A stretch of DNA of 64,000 bases from Lophium mytilinum (taxonomy: Eukaryota): the NCBI GenBank assembly GCA_010093605.1, contig MU004191.1:728816-792815 (forward strand), given 5' to 3'. Each line of letters opens with the position of its first letter. Position 1 is the stretch's first letter. This document shows positions 63,365 to 64,000 of the stretch, piece by piece. The translations under genes and the position numbers were made by a program. Under the pieces are notes generated by a model that had not been told where the DNA came from, did no database searches, and was given only the letters and a program-made list of their open reading frames with translations.

Positions 63365-64000
63365 CTTATTATATAAAGTATTCTAGTTTTCTATATAAAT
63401 ATATATTATACTATTATTTAGTATATTAAGTTCTTATATTTCTATTATATACTAAATAGGTATTATATAAATCTTATAGAATATTATTAATGCTAGTAGC
63501 TAGGGCTACAGCTTCTATATAGCCTATAATTCCGGCTATACTATATATTTAAAAGCTAGAGGCTCTAGAAATTTAAAGTCTTTTACTCTCTACACCTTTA
63601 AAATCTTAGGGGCGTCTAGTTTAGCTAATTATAGTAGTCTAGCGCTAGACTTAGCTAATTTAATAGATTATAGTAGTCTAGAGGCTATACTAGAATTCTA
63701 CTATAGAAATACGCGTATATTATTTATAAGTATAGAGGGGTCTATAATTTCTATAATTATAGGGAAAGGCATCTATAGTATAGAGTTTATATAGAGTACT
63801 AATAGTATAGAGGTTAGAAAAGAAGCTATTAATATATAAATTATATAGGATATTAATAGTATAGGGGTTCTAAGTAAGAGTAGCTTAACTTAAGTTCTTA
63901 TAAATAAGCTGCTGCGCCGCTTTTAACTACTAGATAGAATTTAGTTCTTAGCTTATAGCAGCCTATTACTATACCTACTATTAAGTATATTATTCTTAAG

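Larger units (their letters stand above)
35943..64000 (-). mobile_element. Outer LTR retrotransposon E (3' part; own sequence 35943-37110 and 61964-64000+), RIP-degraded
   Basis: 151-bp LTR TGTCA..TGACA with adjacent minus-strand PPT (GGAGGGGGGCAAT, 36094-36106). A GAGCTAGTA-type repeat array continues across the D insertion. No second LTR in the window; superfamily not determined. Confidence 0.75.

Noticed and set aside
35943..64000. Centromere call for the AT-rich block
   Set aside because: Composition is compatible, but the block starts inside a gene and its extent is unknown; needs CenH3 ChIP or Hi-C

Overview
Genomic DNA of a filamentous ascomycete (Pezizomycotina; short GT-AG introns and RIP-mutated repeats), in two sharply separated compartments. 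(1) Positions 1-35.9 kb are gene-rich. They hold a RIP-inactivated Fot1/Pogo DNA transposon with intact 41-bp TIRs, a small SAM methyltransferase, and back-to-back remnants of a P450 and a DUF3328/UstYa gene. Next come an RTA1-family membrane protein, a degenerate sulfotransferase-like protein, Zn2Cys6 and C2H2 zinc-finger genes, a secreted copper amine oxidase and a maltose-permease-like transporter. These are followed by a co-oriented candidate catabolic cluster (pseudogenised ACS-MFS, D-2-hydroxyacid dehydrogenase, ACS-MFS, flavocytochrome b2-type dehydrogenase, DHDPS-family aldolase) and a ZZ-zinc-finger gene. (2) Positions 35,943 to the end are an AT-rich, RIP-saturated nest of four LTR retrotransposons. 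An outer element E sits inside the coding sequence of the ZZ gene, Gypsy element D sits inside E, and Gypsy elements B and C sit inside D. The LTR pairs and 5-bp TSDs of D, B and C are all readable; only one LTR of E is in the window. The most promising functional lead is the D-/L-2-hydroxyacid dehydrogenase + aldolase + anion transporter cluster. All protein calls are by motif recognition, without database searches.
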